A DNA stretch of 64,000 bases from Azolla caroliniana. Taxonomy: Eukaryota; Plantae; Polypodiophyta. The notes below the pieces were generated by a model. The model made no database searches. It was not told the DNA's origin and worked only from the letters and a program-made list of their open reading frames with translations. Below, one piece after another: positions 51,009 to 64,000 of the stretch (position 1 is the first letter of the stretch; each line of letters starts with the position of its first letter). The stretch covers positions 8,742,001 to 8,806,000 of the forward strand of contig JBHGNT010000012.1 in assembly GCA_043228905.1 (NCBI GenBank), read 5' to 3'. The translations under genes and the position numbers were made by a program.

Positions 51009-54000
51009 TGTTACACTTGTTCCTCGAGTAGCTTTGATGTGAACCATTTTCCCTATACATGGGCACTTTTTACTCTAGTGATGGCTAGAGGTTTTTTCCC
51101 CATGTTACCACATACATGAGTCACTCATATGTGGTGGTACTTAGTACTTAGGGATATATATTTCGGCTCTTACTAGGTTTGTATTATTCATCAATAGAGA
51201 AAGCTATTCCAGCCATTTGCCTTCTTTGTGTGAGTGCTTCTTGTCTGAGCTTCTTGTGTGTGCTTCTTGTGTGTCTCTCACTCTTCCTCACACACTCAGC
51301 AGTGGTATCAGAGCAAGTTCTTCATCCTCTCCATCTTCGGTTGTCTGCGTCGCGGCGCGCACGCACTTTTAACTGTGCAAATCAAGTTTCGAATATAGAG
51401 AAGTGTATTTCAGCACTCGGCGGCCATTTTCAGCACCTATTGTTTAGCCCCATTTCGAAGCTGTTCGTGTAGTCAAAATCGCCGTCCGAGTGATAGTTTG
51501 TGAGATGCAATTTCAGCACTCATTTCAGATTTTGTTGAGGTAAGATTTTGCCACTTTCTTGTTCTTTGGTAAAATGGCAAACAACGGTGACTTGTTTCGC
51601 ATGCTTCAAGCTGAAGATAAGCTTGATGGGACTAACTATCCAATGTGGCCCTACATGATGAAACACGTTCTTGTTTCCAAACAACTATGGAACATAGTGG
51701 TAGATGTAGATCGGCGCCCTGCCGGTCCTACTACTTCACAGTCTACTGCCAGAAATACAGGTTCATCTTCAAGCATAGTGACTTCATCTACTCCACCCAC
51801 ACAAGAGCAACTTAGATGGGATGGAAAAGATGCTCAAGTTCATGCATTGATTGCACTTTCTGTGAAACGTCACATAGTTCCACATATTCGGTCATGCTCT
51901 ACGTCCAAACAAGCATGGGACACTCTTGCTTCATTGTATGCCGTGCGTAATGAAGCACATGTTGCATATTTGAGAAAACAACTTGAGGATGTATATATGG
52001 CTGAAAATGAGTCAGTAGATGTGTATGTGACACGCATCAAAGATTTGAAAGAGCAATTGGCAAACATAGATGAGATCATTTCGAATACATCACTTGTCTC
52101 TACGTTGTTGAAAGGATTACCCGAATCTTTTCAAAGCTTTGCTACTACTATTCGTTTGGTTGCAAAAGGGAATACCGATATGCATGCATTTGATGAGGTT
52201 GTGACTCTTCTTTTGGAAGAAGAACAATCTAAAGTGAATAGAAGTGGTTTGATAGAGGGAACACAAGCACTTGCTATCTCACAAAAAGGAAAAAGCAAGT
52301 ATGGTTCAGCTTTTGGTTCATCAAAACCAAAGCCTCAACCTCCCTCTTCCACTTATTCCTCTAATGATGGTGATTTGAAAAAGAAGAAGAGATGCAAATA
52401 TTGTCGGAAGGTTGGCCATACTATTGAAGAGTATAGAAAGCTTGTTAAGCGCAATGAGAAGAAGAAGGAATCTGGCATGACCATTTCTAAAAATGTTTCA
52501 TGTGCAAAGAGTGATGAAACCAACATAGCCCAAGATTATTGGGCATGTGTTGTTACATATCATTATGATGCATCATTGCACTCTAAATGTATGGTTGTAA
52601 GTGAGATTGATTCGGATTGGTTCTTTGATAGTAGTGCTTCAAAGCACATTACTTCATGCAAAAGTTTTTTTGCATCCTTCAAAGATGCACCCCAAGGAGG
52701 ACATGTGTGTGCAAACAATGCCTCTTATCCTATCATTGGAGTAGGAGAAATTGAGCTTTCGGCTGCAAATGGAGGTGGTGTCATCTTAAAGAATGTATTG
52801 TATGTGCTCGGTATCAACAAAAACTTAATTTCGGTTCCTTTGATTGCCAAATTTGGACTTCATGTACACTTTGTTGATGATAAGTGCATGGTTCATGATT
52901 ATAGCAATGGCGATGTTATCGTGATGTCCGGTACATTATGCAATGGCTTGTATCGTTTGGATACATACAAGAGGGCTTCTCTAACTGCCTTGGCTGTCCA
53001 TACTTCTTCCATGGCTGAAATGGAGCTTTGGCATGCTCGTTTTGGTCACTTGAACTTCAATAGTTTGCTTCACTTGCAAAAGAAGGATATGGTTATTGGG
53101 TTGCCTACACTTGAGTCCATTGAAAAACATGCATGTAAAAGTTGCATTCTTGGAAAAATGCATCCTACTTTTCCAAAAGATAGTCATACACACTACAAGA
53201 AAATTACAACTTGTTCATAGTGATGTGTGTGGTCCTGTAAAGACTCCATCTTTTGGAAAGCATGTATATTTTGTTACCTTTATTGATGATGCTACTCTCC
53301 ACACATGGGTGTATCCTATGAAAGCAAAGAATGAGGTATTTTCTTGCTTCAAATCCTTTTTAGCTATGGTTGAATTTTTTTCCGGAAATAAGCTCTTGAC
53401 TCTACGCACGGATTTCTTTGTGAAAGAGGCATTTTACATCAATTTACAGTGCCATATACACCTCAACAAAATGGTGTTGCAGAGCGCAAAAATAGAACAC
53501 TCTTAGAGATGGCACGATGTATGGTTAAAGGAAAGCATCTTCCTAACAAGTTTTGGATGGAAGCGGTTATGTGTGCAAATTATGTGTTGAATCGTTGCCC
53601 TACAAAAGCGTTGAGAGTCATTACACCATATGAAGCTTGGAATGGACATAAACCTATGGTTAGTCATATTCGTGTGTTTGGTTGTTTGGCATATGCTCTT
53701 GTGCAATCACAACAATGTCACAAACTTGATGATAAGGCAAAGAAATGCATATTTGTTGGTTATAGTGCTGAAAGTAAGGGATATCGTTTGTATCATCCAT
53801 TGACGGACACATTTATTGTGAGTCGAGATGTGTTATTTGCTGAAAATTCACCTTTCCCTTTTCTTGAATGCAAAAAGCAACCAACAGTTAGCTCACAAGA
53901 TGTGTTTGATACACTCATGCCTTTGCTCCAAAGTGGTGCGCTTGACCATGGACATGTAGACCAGCCAAGTGAGTTTCAAAGGGATAAAAATTTCCAGCAA

Positions 54001-55979
54001 ATAAGTACTGAAAATGCACGAAATGTCCAACCAAACATGGCTGAACATTTGCAACAAAATGTGGCTGAAAATGAGCATGAAATTCAGCCCACGCATGATG
54101 TACATATTGAAGATATATTACATAATGAACGTATGGCTATTGAGAGGTCACAAACTCTGCTGAGGTGACTGAAACAAACTTTGCAAGATAGCAAATTGAG
54201 TGCACCTTTACTTGGTAGAACAAGATCAAGCTCTCACCATGCATCCAGTAATTTTGTGGATTATTCTATTGTCGTAATAGCATGTAATGAGGAGCCACTT
54301 ACTTTTGAAGATGCATGCGATGATCCACATTGGATGAGTGCTATGCAATCAGAAATGGATTCCATTCATAAGAATGGTACTTGGGAGTTATGTGAATCAC
54401 CAAAATGAAAGAATGTGATTGGTACTAAGTGGGTTTACAAGATTGAACGAAAGTCCGATGGTAGTATTGATCGCTACAAAACTAGATTGGTTGACAAAGG
54501 ATATGCACAACAATATGGCATCGATTATGAGAAAACTTTTGCAATATGGTACGCATGTCTACCATTTGTACCGTGGTTGCATTGGCTGCACAAAGAGGTT
54601 GGAAAATGCATCAATTGGACATAAAAACAACTTTCTTAAATAGCGATTTGCAAGAAGAGGTTTATGTCAAGCAACCTCCTGGATTTGCTATGAAAGAGAA
54701 AGAGCATATGGTTTGTCGCTTGCATAAGGCCTTGTATGGTCTCAAGCAAGCTCCACGTTCATGGTATGAAAAAATCCATAAGCACTTGATTGCTCTTGGC
54801 TTCACATGTAGTCCAATTGAAAGCACGCTTTATGTACGCAAAGATGGGGTTGATCTTCTAGTGCTCGTTCTTTATGTTGATGACATACTCTTGACTAGGT
54901 CATGTGATGCAAAACTTGATTCTCTTATGGCTGATTTGCAACATACTTTTGAAGTCACTTATCTTGGTCTTCTGAGCTACTATCTTGGCATCCAGTTTGT
55001 ATCCGTTGAGGGGAGAATGATTCTGAGCTACTTCAGCGTTCTGACTTTGAGGATTGCAAGCCGATTTCCATACCTGTGGAGACAAGATTTAGGTTCTCTA
55101 TTGAGGATTCTAGTGATGCATTTGATACTTCTCTTTAGCAACAAGTTGTGGGAAGCCTTATATATGCATGCAATACAAGGTCGGATATACAGTATGCAGT
55201 CTCCCAGTTGAGTCGATTCATGCATAGCCCTGGCACTAAGCATTGACAAGCAGTGAAACATGTGTTTAGATATCTTAGAGGCACTTTGAGCTTGGGTCTC
55301 TTTTATGGCAGAGATACTCAGCCATGCTTGCATGCTTTTACAGATAGTGATTGGGCCGGTTGTTACGATACCCGCGTGTCCACTAGTGGTAATTGCTTTT
55401 TCCTTGGAAACTCATATATATCTTGGTTGAGGAAAAAGCAACCTACACTGGCGACATCAAGTTTTGAAGCTGAGTACAGGGCAGTTTTGACAACTACAAT
55501 GGAGTGTATATGGCTAAGATGCCTTTTGATGGATCTTTGCATGGAGATTGATGTTGCTACACGTATTCTCACAGATAGTCAGAGTGCATTGGCTATTGCA
55601 CGAAATCCTGTATTTCATGCACGAACCAAACATATTGAGGTGCATTATCATTATGTGAGAGAGCGCCTTCATGCAAGAGATATTGATTTGGTATATGTGC
55701 CTACACAAGATAATGTGGCACACATATTCACCAAAGCTTTTCCACGAGAAAAGTTTGAAGCTTTTCGCAAAGCTTTAGGCTTATTTCCTTGTGGGGGCTG
55801 ATTTGTCACTCCTTGTACATGTTCACATCATTCACTCCAGGGGGGTTTGTTACACTTACGTGTTCCTCGAGTAGCTTTGTTGTGAACCATTTTCCTTATA
55901 CATGGGCACTTTTTACTCTAGTGTTGGTTAGAGGTTTTTTACCCATGTTACCACATACATGAGTCACTCATATGTGGTA
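51009..55979 (+). mobile_element. Copia I, near full-length; 5' LTR 51009-51301, 3' LTR truncated (55848-55979)
   Basis: PBS TGGTATCAGAGC at 51303; PPT AGGGGGG before 55848; the two LTR copies match. Confidence 0.93.
51574..55801 (+). pseudogene. gag-pol of Copia I with frameshifts and stops
   Basis: KLDGTNY, CKYCRKVGH, WFFDSSASKH, LWHARFGH, PQQNGVAERKNR, KWVYK, LYGLKQAPR, YVDDIL, DSDWAG, HARTKHIEVHYH. Confidence 0.92.
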
Positions 55980-57297
55980 ACATACAGGTTTTGTAGATTT
56001 AAGCATTTGACCTTTTAGAAGATCAATAAACGACGTCGTCAATTCGGAGTAATTACGAAGGGATTTTCACAAAAACCCGACAAAACCAAGGAATTATCAA
56101 ACTTCTCGAATATTCCGAAGAGTGGGCCAAAGCTTGATTTACTCAATGCAAGAAGGATCCATTTCAACTCCTCGTTCGGTTATGAGATGTCCAAGATAAG
56201 TAATTGATTTCTTGAAGAACTCGCATTTTGAGATCTTTGCGTAGAATTTCTTGTCAGACAATCTTTGTAAAACAAAGCGGACATGTTTAGCATGTTCTTC
56301 TAATGTACGGCTATAAACTAGAATATCATCCAAGAAAATAACGACAAATTTTCCAAGTTGTTCTCGGAAAATGTCATTTATTTGTTGTTGAAATGTGGCC
56401 GGAGCCTTTGTCAAACGAAAAGGCATAGCCAAAAACTCATAATGGCCATAGCGTGTAAGAAATCCATTTTAGGAACATCATCCTCACTTATACGAATTTG
56501 ATGGTAGCCCATACGGAGATCAAGTTTCGTAAAATACCGAGCTCCCCGGAGACAATCAATTAGACCTTCAGCTCGGCGCAATGGATATGAATTCTTGATC
56601 GTCACTTTATTCAAGCATTGGTAATTAATACACATACGCGATGTGCCCTCTTTCTTTTGTACCAGGAGAACAAGTGCACCCCATGGAGATTTACTATAAC
56701 GTATATAACCCAATAAAATAAAGTAGAACAAGACAACTCGGATATTGATGGAGAGGAAAACTTCCTGTTAGAGAGGTTCATTAAAGCTTGTGTTGACTCG
56801 GTTCGAGATGGAGGTTGTAGAAATTGGCCCTTGAAAACTGTGACAAAATCTGTTCAGGTATTGAGTAATTTCTCGAAAGTTCGGAGCACACGCCACTAGG
56901 CGGCGACCTTACCCCCTAGTTCTCGCCCGACATATGCTATCTTCGTACTATTTGGTGTGGGACAGAGCTCATGTTTCTAATGTTTATTTTGTTGGTTTTT
57001 GTTGTCTTCTTGATGGATGGTGATCGATCAATGTGCGGTTGACCTTGATCCAAATAGCAATCAACAAAGGAACTTTAGTAACACTTGCTTTCTTTCTTTT
57101 TCTATTCTTTCTTCTCCCAATCTAATCATGTATAATATGTGTTTTCTTTCATTGATTCAATGATGTTGTAATGCGAATTAATTGGTTGTATAAAACATTT
57201 ACATATGTGTATGAGGTCAATACCTTATTTGACATATATTTGATATGTGATTCGTGACGTATGCGTAGGAGGTTAATACCTCAATTGCGTATTACGT

Positions 57298-58028
57298 TGT
57301 CGTGAAGATTTTCGGCCATGGTGGGAAAACCCGAGCGGGACGAACTAAAACGAGATGTGCAACGTAGCACATATACTTATTAAATTAGTAACCTAGGAGT
57401 AAATAAGCAAATGTAAAATGTAAGGTGTTCTACGAAAGTTCATTAAGTGTTAATATGGTGTGCACTTATGTGCACATGGGCACGTAGGAAAGGGGAGTAC
57501 GTGGGGAGTACAAATGTGATGGGCAGTGGCATTGAAAGCGTGAGGGGAGAGAGTTAAAGGCCCACCAATTTAAGATCATGGGAGATATTCCCCATTAAAG
57601 GAGGGGGGATTTCACTCCCCTTTATGTAATGAGCCTCACCCCTTACTACTATAAAAGGGAGTGAGGGGTCACTTTGTGAGGGCTTCCACTTTTGGGTTTC
57701 TTTGGGTCGCCATTAGGGTTTAGGGATTTTGGTTCTAGGGTTTCACATAGGGTTTCATTCTCCTTCTTCTTTACCTATGCGGTTAGGGTTTCTTCTTGTG
57801 GTTTGACTTGGCCTACGTGACCATGGTTGTAATTGTATGAGGGATTCTTAATATAGTTTGTTGATGTTTCTTGTCTCTATTTTCTCTACCATGCTAACCT
57901 CTTATTCTTTCTCCTTTCCTCTTGAGCCAAAAGGTCGTAAAGGTTAAGCTCTCATTGCCCCCTCTACTCCCTAGTCCAAGACCCCTCAGTCCCGCCTAAG
58001 ATCTCGCACGTTGCGGAATTCCGTGACA
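57298..58028 (+). mobile_element. Solo LTR (starts TGTCGTGAAGA) inserted in the hairpin array of H
   Basis: TGTC...GACA ends, TATAAAA near 57650, apparent 4-bp TSD ACGT/ACAT (empty site ACGT in C). Confidence 0.82.
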
Positions 58029-59267
58029 ACATTCACATACATATGTTACATATGCATGTGAGGTCAATACCTTGATTTCTATTTAAATGATATGCGTTTG
58101 GTGTCGTATGTGTAAGAGGACAATACCTCAATTGCGTATTACGATTGACCCTTATTTTTGGATGTTTCGTGTGCGTAGAGGCTATATGCCTCGATTACAT
58201 ATCTCGACTACATCATTGTTGGCTATTTGATATTACAATTTTTTTAATATATGCATATGTGGTCACGTGTATATGTTTTTGATCGTATATATGTGATAAA
58301 TATACATATGTGTATATTAGTTATTACGTGATTTCTATATCAAATGTTTCGTTTTCGGGGAAAGGATCTTGGTCAACATCCTTTTTCCAACAATTTTTTT
58401 TGTTGTTTACATCCTTGTTGGTCACTTCGATTTCGTTACATAAAGAAACGATTATAGAAACAATGATGTTGAGAATGTAGGGCTTGGTCCTCTTCATGTG
58501 AGGTCACACCTATGACACACATATCCAACATCCCTCCCTCATTACATGGATACGATGCCACGATGAGATCATTCTTACGAAAGGCATTCGTAATGACGTA
58601 ACCATGTGATGGGCCACGTGGGCCTACTACGAAAAGAGGGCTTATTTGGCTTGACCATTAGGTTGCACTTTGGCGTATGCCATTGTAATTACAAGACTTA
58701 AGGTTAGGTAACGTACCGACATAGTTTGTGGTAAACGAGAGGCAAATAAGGACTCTTGACATATATGTTTCTTTGAAAAAAAACATATATGGGCAAATGT
58801 CTCACATATCTCTCATACGCATAAACATTAAACATTGAAAAGATAGAAACCATTTGGTTAGCATAAGTGTTTATTGTATTTGTTCTCGCGGTGTCGAGTT
58901 CAAATATGACCAAGACTATACAAACATTGTTGATACATATGACTATAACACATGTTTAGACTTTAGGTCTAAGTGCACTTCGGGGTCTTCAGGATCCTCG
59001 TAATAGGACTTAAAGGGCCGAAACCACATACGTGGGCACAAAAACATAGTTTATTATTAACATTTTTTTGTGTATAGTTTATTCTTAACATTTACCATAG
59101 TAACCTGATCTTGAAACTCATCTCATATGTCTAGAGGGGTATTCACGTGAGATCATGATATCGATTAATGTTGGCCCATGATATGTTTACATCACGACAT
59201 AATGTCTGACCTTATCCTATTTCTTTGCCATAAATTATCATTCAAGGGCCAATTTCTACAACCTCCA

Positions 59268-59639
59268 TCTCGAACCGAGACAACACAAGGTAACAGGAAG
59301 TTTTCCTCACTAGAAGATATGTTCACCATGCTAGAACCCAAATCAAACAATCGGGTCTAGAAGGGGACAATTGGTTAATAGCTTGTTTTGTCAATGGCAT
59401 CCCCAATTCGGACTATCACTAGATAGTACACGATAAGGATCCCAAATCCTTTGTCTCGAACCGAGACAACACAAGGTAACAGGAAGTTTTCCTCACTAGA
59501 AGATATGTTCACCATGCTAGAACCCAAATTAAACAATCGGGTCTAGAAGGGGACAATTGGTTAATAGCTTGTTTTGTCAATGGCATCCCCAATTCGGACT
59601 ATCACTAGATAGTACACGATAAGGATCCCAAATCCTTTG
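59268..59639 (+). repeat. 186-bp near-perfect tandem duplication within the H gag
   Basis: tctcgaaccgagacaacacaagg...aaatcctttg at 59268 and again at 59454. Confidence 0.92.
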
Positions 59640-60499
59640 AAGAGGCCATTGAAATAGTTCTTCGCTATCAATGCACTTCGAAGAAGGACCATAACAAACC
59701 CAACAAAGCGCCCGGAACTAAGCAGTCACAATTCGATGGGAAACGCAAGACACCCAACGAATTCATGGATCACGATTGTAAGCGACAACATCCTTTTTGT
59801 GTATTCTGCAAAAACAAGGGTCAAACAAAAGAACAATGTCGAAACCTCCAATGGAAAGAGCACGACAGCAAAACAAAAGGTACAGACCATAAAGGTCAGA
59901 TTCCTAATGTCCTTTAGGTCTTTACACATCATAAAAGTAATCCTCCCCTTCTTTACACTCTCGTTTAACCCTCACACTTATCCACATGTATAGAATACTA
60001 CGATAAATTCTCACCATGGGATATTATGTGGTCATACCCGTAACACAACCCATTAGGCCAAGTGTGAATTTGCTTGGGGGCCTTACGTCTGGCTATAAAT
60101 ATGAGTTATTTACGGGCATGAACATATAATATCCCGTGGTGAGAATTTACCGTAGTATTCTATACACATGATATTATATGGTCATGTCCATATCATGTTG
60201 TCTCAATCCCAAGAATTAAAAGTAATCATCCCCTTCTTTACACTCTCATTTAACCCTCACACGTTATCCACGTGTATAGAATATTACGTTAAATTCTCAC
60301 CACGGGATATTATATGTTCATGCCCGTAACAACAATAATTTGGACACCCATGGGTCTCGTATGAATGTGTATACTACCACAAGGAGCTACGAAATCGGTT
60401 CTGCATATAATGAACGCAATGAACCAGGTACTAAGGGATTGCATTCCAGATATCATGATGGTGTTCTTAAATGATATTCCGATGAAAAGATGTGCAGTG

Positions 60500-62730
60500 T
60501 GTTGTGAAATCGGTTCCTCCGGATGGGGTAGGACGAGCCTAAACAAGAAGCCGGATCGAATGGATCCGAAAGGATATTTGGAAGTCGGACTGGATGGACC
60601 AGGAAGGGGTTCGGATGAATCCGATGTGAACCATGAGAAGGGACATATTGGTAAATATGTTCCTATGTACCATTGAGGTCATACTTGTAAATAGCCCGAA
60701 AAGTTTATATCAGTATAAATATAACTAGGGCATCTAGAGAGTATGATGATCATTATTCTAGTTGTAGGAGTAGTTTGTTGTTGTGAGTTGTTCAGAGAGG
60801 AGAGAGAGAGAGAGAGAGAGAGAGATAGAAAGTCGTATTTGTTGTAACCGCAACGGTTTGACGAAGATAAAAAGCCTGAGGTCGGTGCCTCTGTGACTCT
60901 TGCTGTAATACCTCTCTTCCCTATAGTGATCCTGTTCGGAGTTTTGTGAACTCCCATGGTTTTCCCCAATTCGGGTTTCCATGTTAATATCCTGTGTCGA
61001 CTTATTTCATGTGTAACTGCATCAATCTCTTGTTTGATGTATGTTTCTTCCATTGTGTTATTGAGACTCAGTTGTGTTCGAGCACTATTCGTATTAATCT
61101 GGTATGAGAGCAAGGTTTCAAGCCTAAATACAAAATGGAAGATCCATTCGGCGACATGTTCAAGCTCACCGACTCCAACTACTTAGTGTGGAAGTCGAAA
61201 ATGAGAGACATGTTGGTGGTAAAAGATCTTTGGTTGCCTGTACATTTTGGAGATGCAAAACCAGACAAGATAGATGCGTCAACCTGGGAGGCGATGCATA
61301 TGAAGATGTCAACTTAAATTCAATGCTTCATCGACATGAGTATGTACAACAACTTCAATGAAGAGAGTAAAGCTCATGAACTCTGGGAGAAGATAGGCAT
61401 CATGTTTTAGAACAAGAATGCCGTAAATCGAGGCTCAGTATTCCGGAAGTTAGTGAGACTCAGATATCAAGATGGCTCCAACATGGCAGAGCACATGAAT
61501 GCCTTCCAGGGGCTTATAAATTAGAATACCTAGTTGGAGGTACCTCTAGCCAACAAGGTACTCGTGTTGTTACTACTCGGTTCTCTCCCGGATAGTTGGG
61601 AGACGTTAATTTTCACTCTAGGCAATACTGGGCCCGAAGGTAAATACCTATCCCTAGCACGAGTAAAATCAAGCTTGCTGGATGAAGACGCTCGTTGGAA
61701 AGAGAAGGAAGTGATCTCTGACTCAAAAGTCCTAGTTACCGAAACTTACACACGAGGGAGAGGCCGGAATCAGAGTCCCCAGAACCAACAAAAGTCGGGG
61801 ACAAGGTCAAAGTTAAGGGGGAGGGCCACGTGCTTCTATTGTTGGAAGCCGGGGCATTTCCAGAAAAACTGTTGACACTATCGGAAAGAGAAAGGGGTCG
61901 GCAGTGCCGACTCAAAGACGACTACGGACCGGAATAGTTCGGACCGAAAGAGCTCGGATCAGAAAGGGACGACTGCAATCGCGACAAGTGTGGAAGAACT
62001 ACTGGTCATCACCGAGGAGAGAGAGCAACATCTTGTAAGTGACGAAACAACGTGGGTGGTTGACTCTGGAGCGTTGTTCCATCTGACTCCCAGCAGAAGT
62101 GCTTTGCATCCTACAGAACCGGAGATCACGATTGTGTGAGGATGGGAAATGGAGGCGCATGCCCAATTGTCAGCATAAGAGACGTATGGGCTGACAACGT
62201 CAACCGGGTGTAAGTTACTGTTGAATGATGTCTGACACGTTCTGGAGCTTCAGATGCACCTGATATCAGCCGGTTCGCTAGATGATGAAGGCTACACGAG
62301 TAGAATCTGGAATGGAGTCATGAAGTTCAGCAAAGGGAGCCTGATCGTGTCACGAGCCCGGAAGATCAACACATTGTACCTGATGCATGCCCAAATTTGC
62401 CAGGAGAAAGTAAATGTGGCAGTAGACATTGCCATTGCCGGTGAGTTGTGCCACAAGAGGTTGTGCCACATGAGCCAGAGGGGGATGCGTAAACTTGCCG
62501 AGAACAACCTCATTCCGGAGGTGAAAGATGTGCAACTTGAGATGTGCACCAATTGTTTGGCCGGCAAGCAGAAACTAAACCTCTTTACGGTCGAGACCAC
62601 CGACAAGACGAAAAGAACCACTAGAGCTCGTGCACACCGATGTATGCCAAGTGAACACGAAGTCACACGCTGGGTCACAGTACTTCATGACGTTCATAGA
62701 TGACCAAAACCGAATGTCGTGGGTCTCACC
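60500..62730 (+). mobile_element. Copia J, 5' part (LTR about 60500-61097, PBS, gag, protease, pre-integrase), 3'-truncated
   Basis: PBS TGGTATGAGAGC near 61100; KLTDSNYLVWK, LLGSLPDSW, CFYCWKPGHFQKNC, WVVDSGA, LCHKRLCHMS. Confidence 0.85.
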
Positions 62731-62919
62731 CCCGGGGGCTTCATTATATTTGAAGAGGTCATATCACGTGCCTTCATGACATCTTTTATAAACCCCTTAT
62801 ACATATGTTTTGTACTATTTTAGATACCCTTTTATAAAAAAAAGGGTTAATAAAAATATCCCTTAGTGTCAATATATATTTTTATAACAACTCGTTTTAA
62901 ATGCCCTTACATAGAAAAC

Positions 62920-64000
62920 ACACGTATGTTTTATATGTGTATATATATATGTATATATGTATTATATTGCATACATTGTATATATTTTATGTATGTGTTG
63001 TGTGTATATATGTGTGATGTGGGTATGTGCATGTATGTTCACATATATGTATTGTATTTGATGTGAATATATGTATGTATATATGCATAGATTGACATAT
63101 TCGCATTCGTGGGGCTTGCTCCACGAAATCATACAAATAGGAATACGAATGTATGTAAATGCACTCGTTTTCTTTCTTTTTTTGAATTTTTTATAAAAAA
63201 TAAAAAATAAAAAACTATTTTTTCCCTGTGAGCGAGTGAACGAATAGCGAGCAGTGAGCGAGGAAGCCTCACCCTACTCCTTGTGCGTGTTGCCCTTGCT
63301 TCCCTCTGCATCTTATTCTCAGCCAAGAAATTAGGGTTTCAGCTAAAAACCCTAATTTCTATCATAATCCTAATTTTGACAAATTTTTTTTTCTTTTCAG
63401 CCCATGTCCTTGACTCCCTTTCATGCTTTATTCTAATCCTACATCTTGTTCTCTGCTACAAACTCAGGCTTTCATTGAAACCCTAAGTTTAGCTAAGTTT
63501 AGCAAAAGCCCTAATTAATTAATTAACTAAATTTTTTCAATTACTTAATTAATTAATTGATGAATTAAGATATGTATTAGTAAATTAATTAATGTATAGT
63601 GAATCAATTAATGTTTAAGTGAATTAATTAATTCTTATATTAGTGAGTTAATTAATTATTATTGTATATGTGTATATACATATATGAGTGATATATGTGT
63701 GTGTATACACATATATGTATGTGTATATGTATATATCATATATGTGTGTGTGTATATATATATATATCATATACGTATATGTATATATCATATATGTATG
63801 TATGGATATGTATATATCATATATGTGTGTGTATATATATATATATATATATCATATACGTATGTGTGTACATGTATATGTAAACTAATGGTTTTATAAT
63901 ATTCTCGGGGCCATTTTATATTCTTGAATATCGCAAATATTACAGATGTCAAATACCACGTATATTATGCATGGGTCAATCTATGTATATATTTATTGTA
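62920..64000. repeat. AT-rich low-complexity region with (TA/TG)n microsatellites and telo-box-like AAACCCTAA motifs
   Basis: Direct observation; the ORFs here are compositional artefacts. Confidence 0.7.

Larger units (their letters stand above)
48174..60331 (-). mobile_element. Element H: C-family chromovirus, internally scrambled, with nested Copia I and two solo LTRs
   Basis: Termini match C-type LTR ends; perfect TSD ACAAT (48169-48173, 60332-60336). Minus-strand IN/RH/RT at 49200-51008 and 55980-56720 closely match C. Leader and gag lie inverted on the plus strand at 56963-59933. Confidence 0.85.
17736..60499 (+). mobile_element. Gypsy G: oldest host element (non-chromovirus, Phygy-like), split into 17736-17853, 45850-48173 and 60332-60499
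   Basis: The ORF continues across both insertions (..TTGIRVG|GSYGAK..; ..SLNIT|I..MCILPQGAT). Protease-like VALIHHRSEINLM; RT IPLPR...APYSNQWFTVPKKNGSLRFIQDLQPVNK...LPQGATKSV...FLNDI. The lineage name is an inference. Confidence 0.75.

Noticed and set aside
63684-63899. Cys/Tyr/Ile/Val-rich ORFs
   Set aside because: Artefacts of (TA/TG)n repeats.

Overview
Eukaryotic land-plant genomic DNA. The retroelement lineages present suggest a seed-free plant such as a bryophyte or lycophyte (inference). Bases 1-14 kb hold one 20-exon DRP3-type dynamin-related protein gene on the minus strand; 19 exons splice cleanly, but micro-exon 3 is damaged by a deletion plus a 19-bp tandem duplication. From about 15.6 kb to the end the window is a heavily nested transposon block. 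LTR pairs and target-site duplications (TSDs) resolve six nesting levels: Gypsy G > chromovirus A > Gypsy E > Copia B > chromovirus C > Sola2-like DNA transposon. Chromovirus D, a scrambled C-family copy H, several Copia elements and solo LTRs are also present. The most notable observations are: (1) tRNA-gene mimics (Pol III A/B boxes) pointing outward at the U3 end of three different LTR families; (2) a CRISPR-like array of five palindromic repeats in the leader of Gypsy family C, conserved in two copies; (3) Tf1-type self-priming plus a heat-shock-element array in element D; (4) an intron-containing Sola2-like transposase with a satellite array in its intron; (5) solo LTRs with 4-bp TSDs. 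All coordinates were read by eye and may be off by a few bases; no database searches were run.
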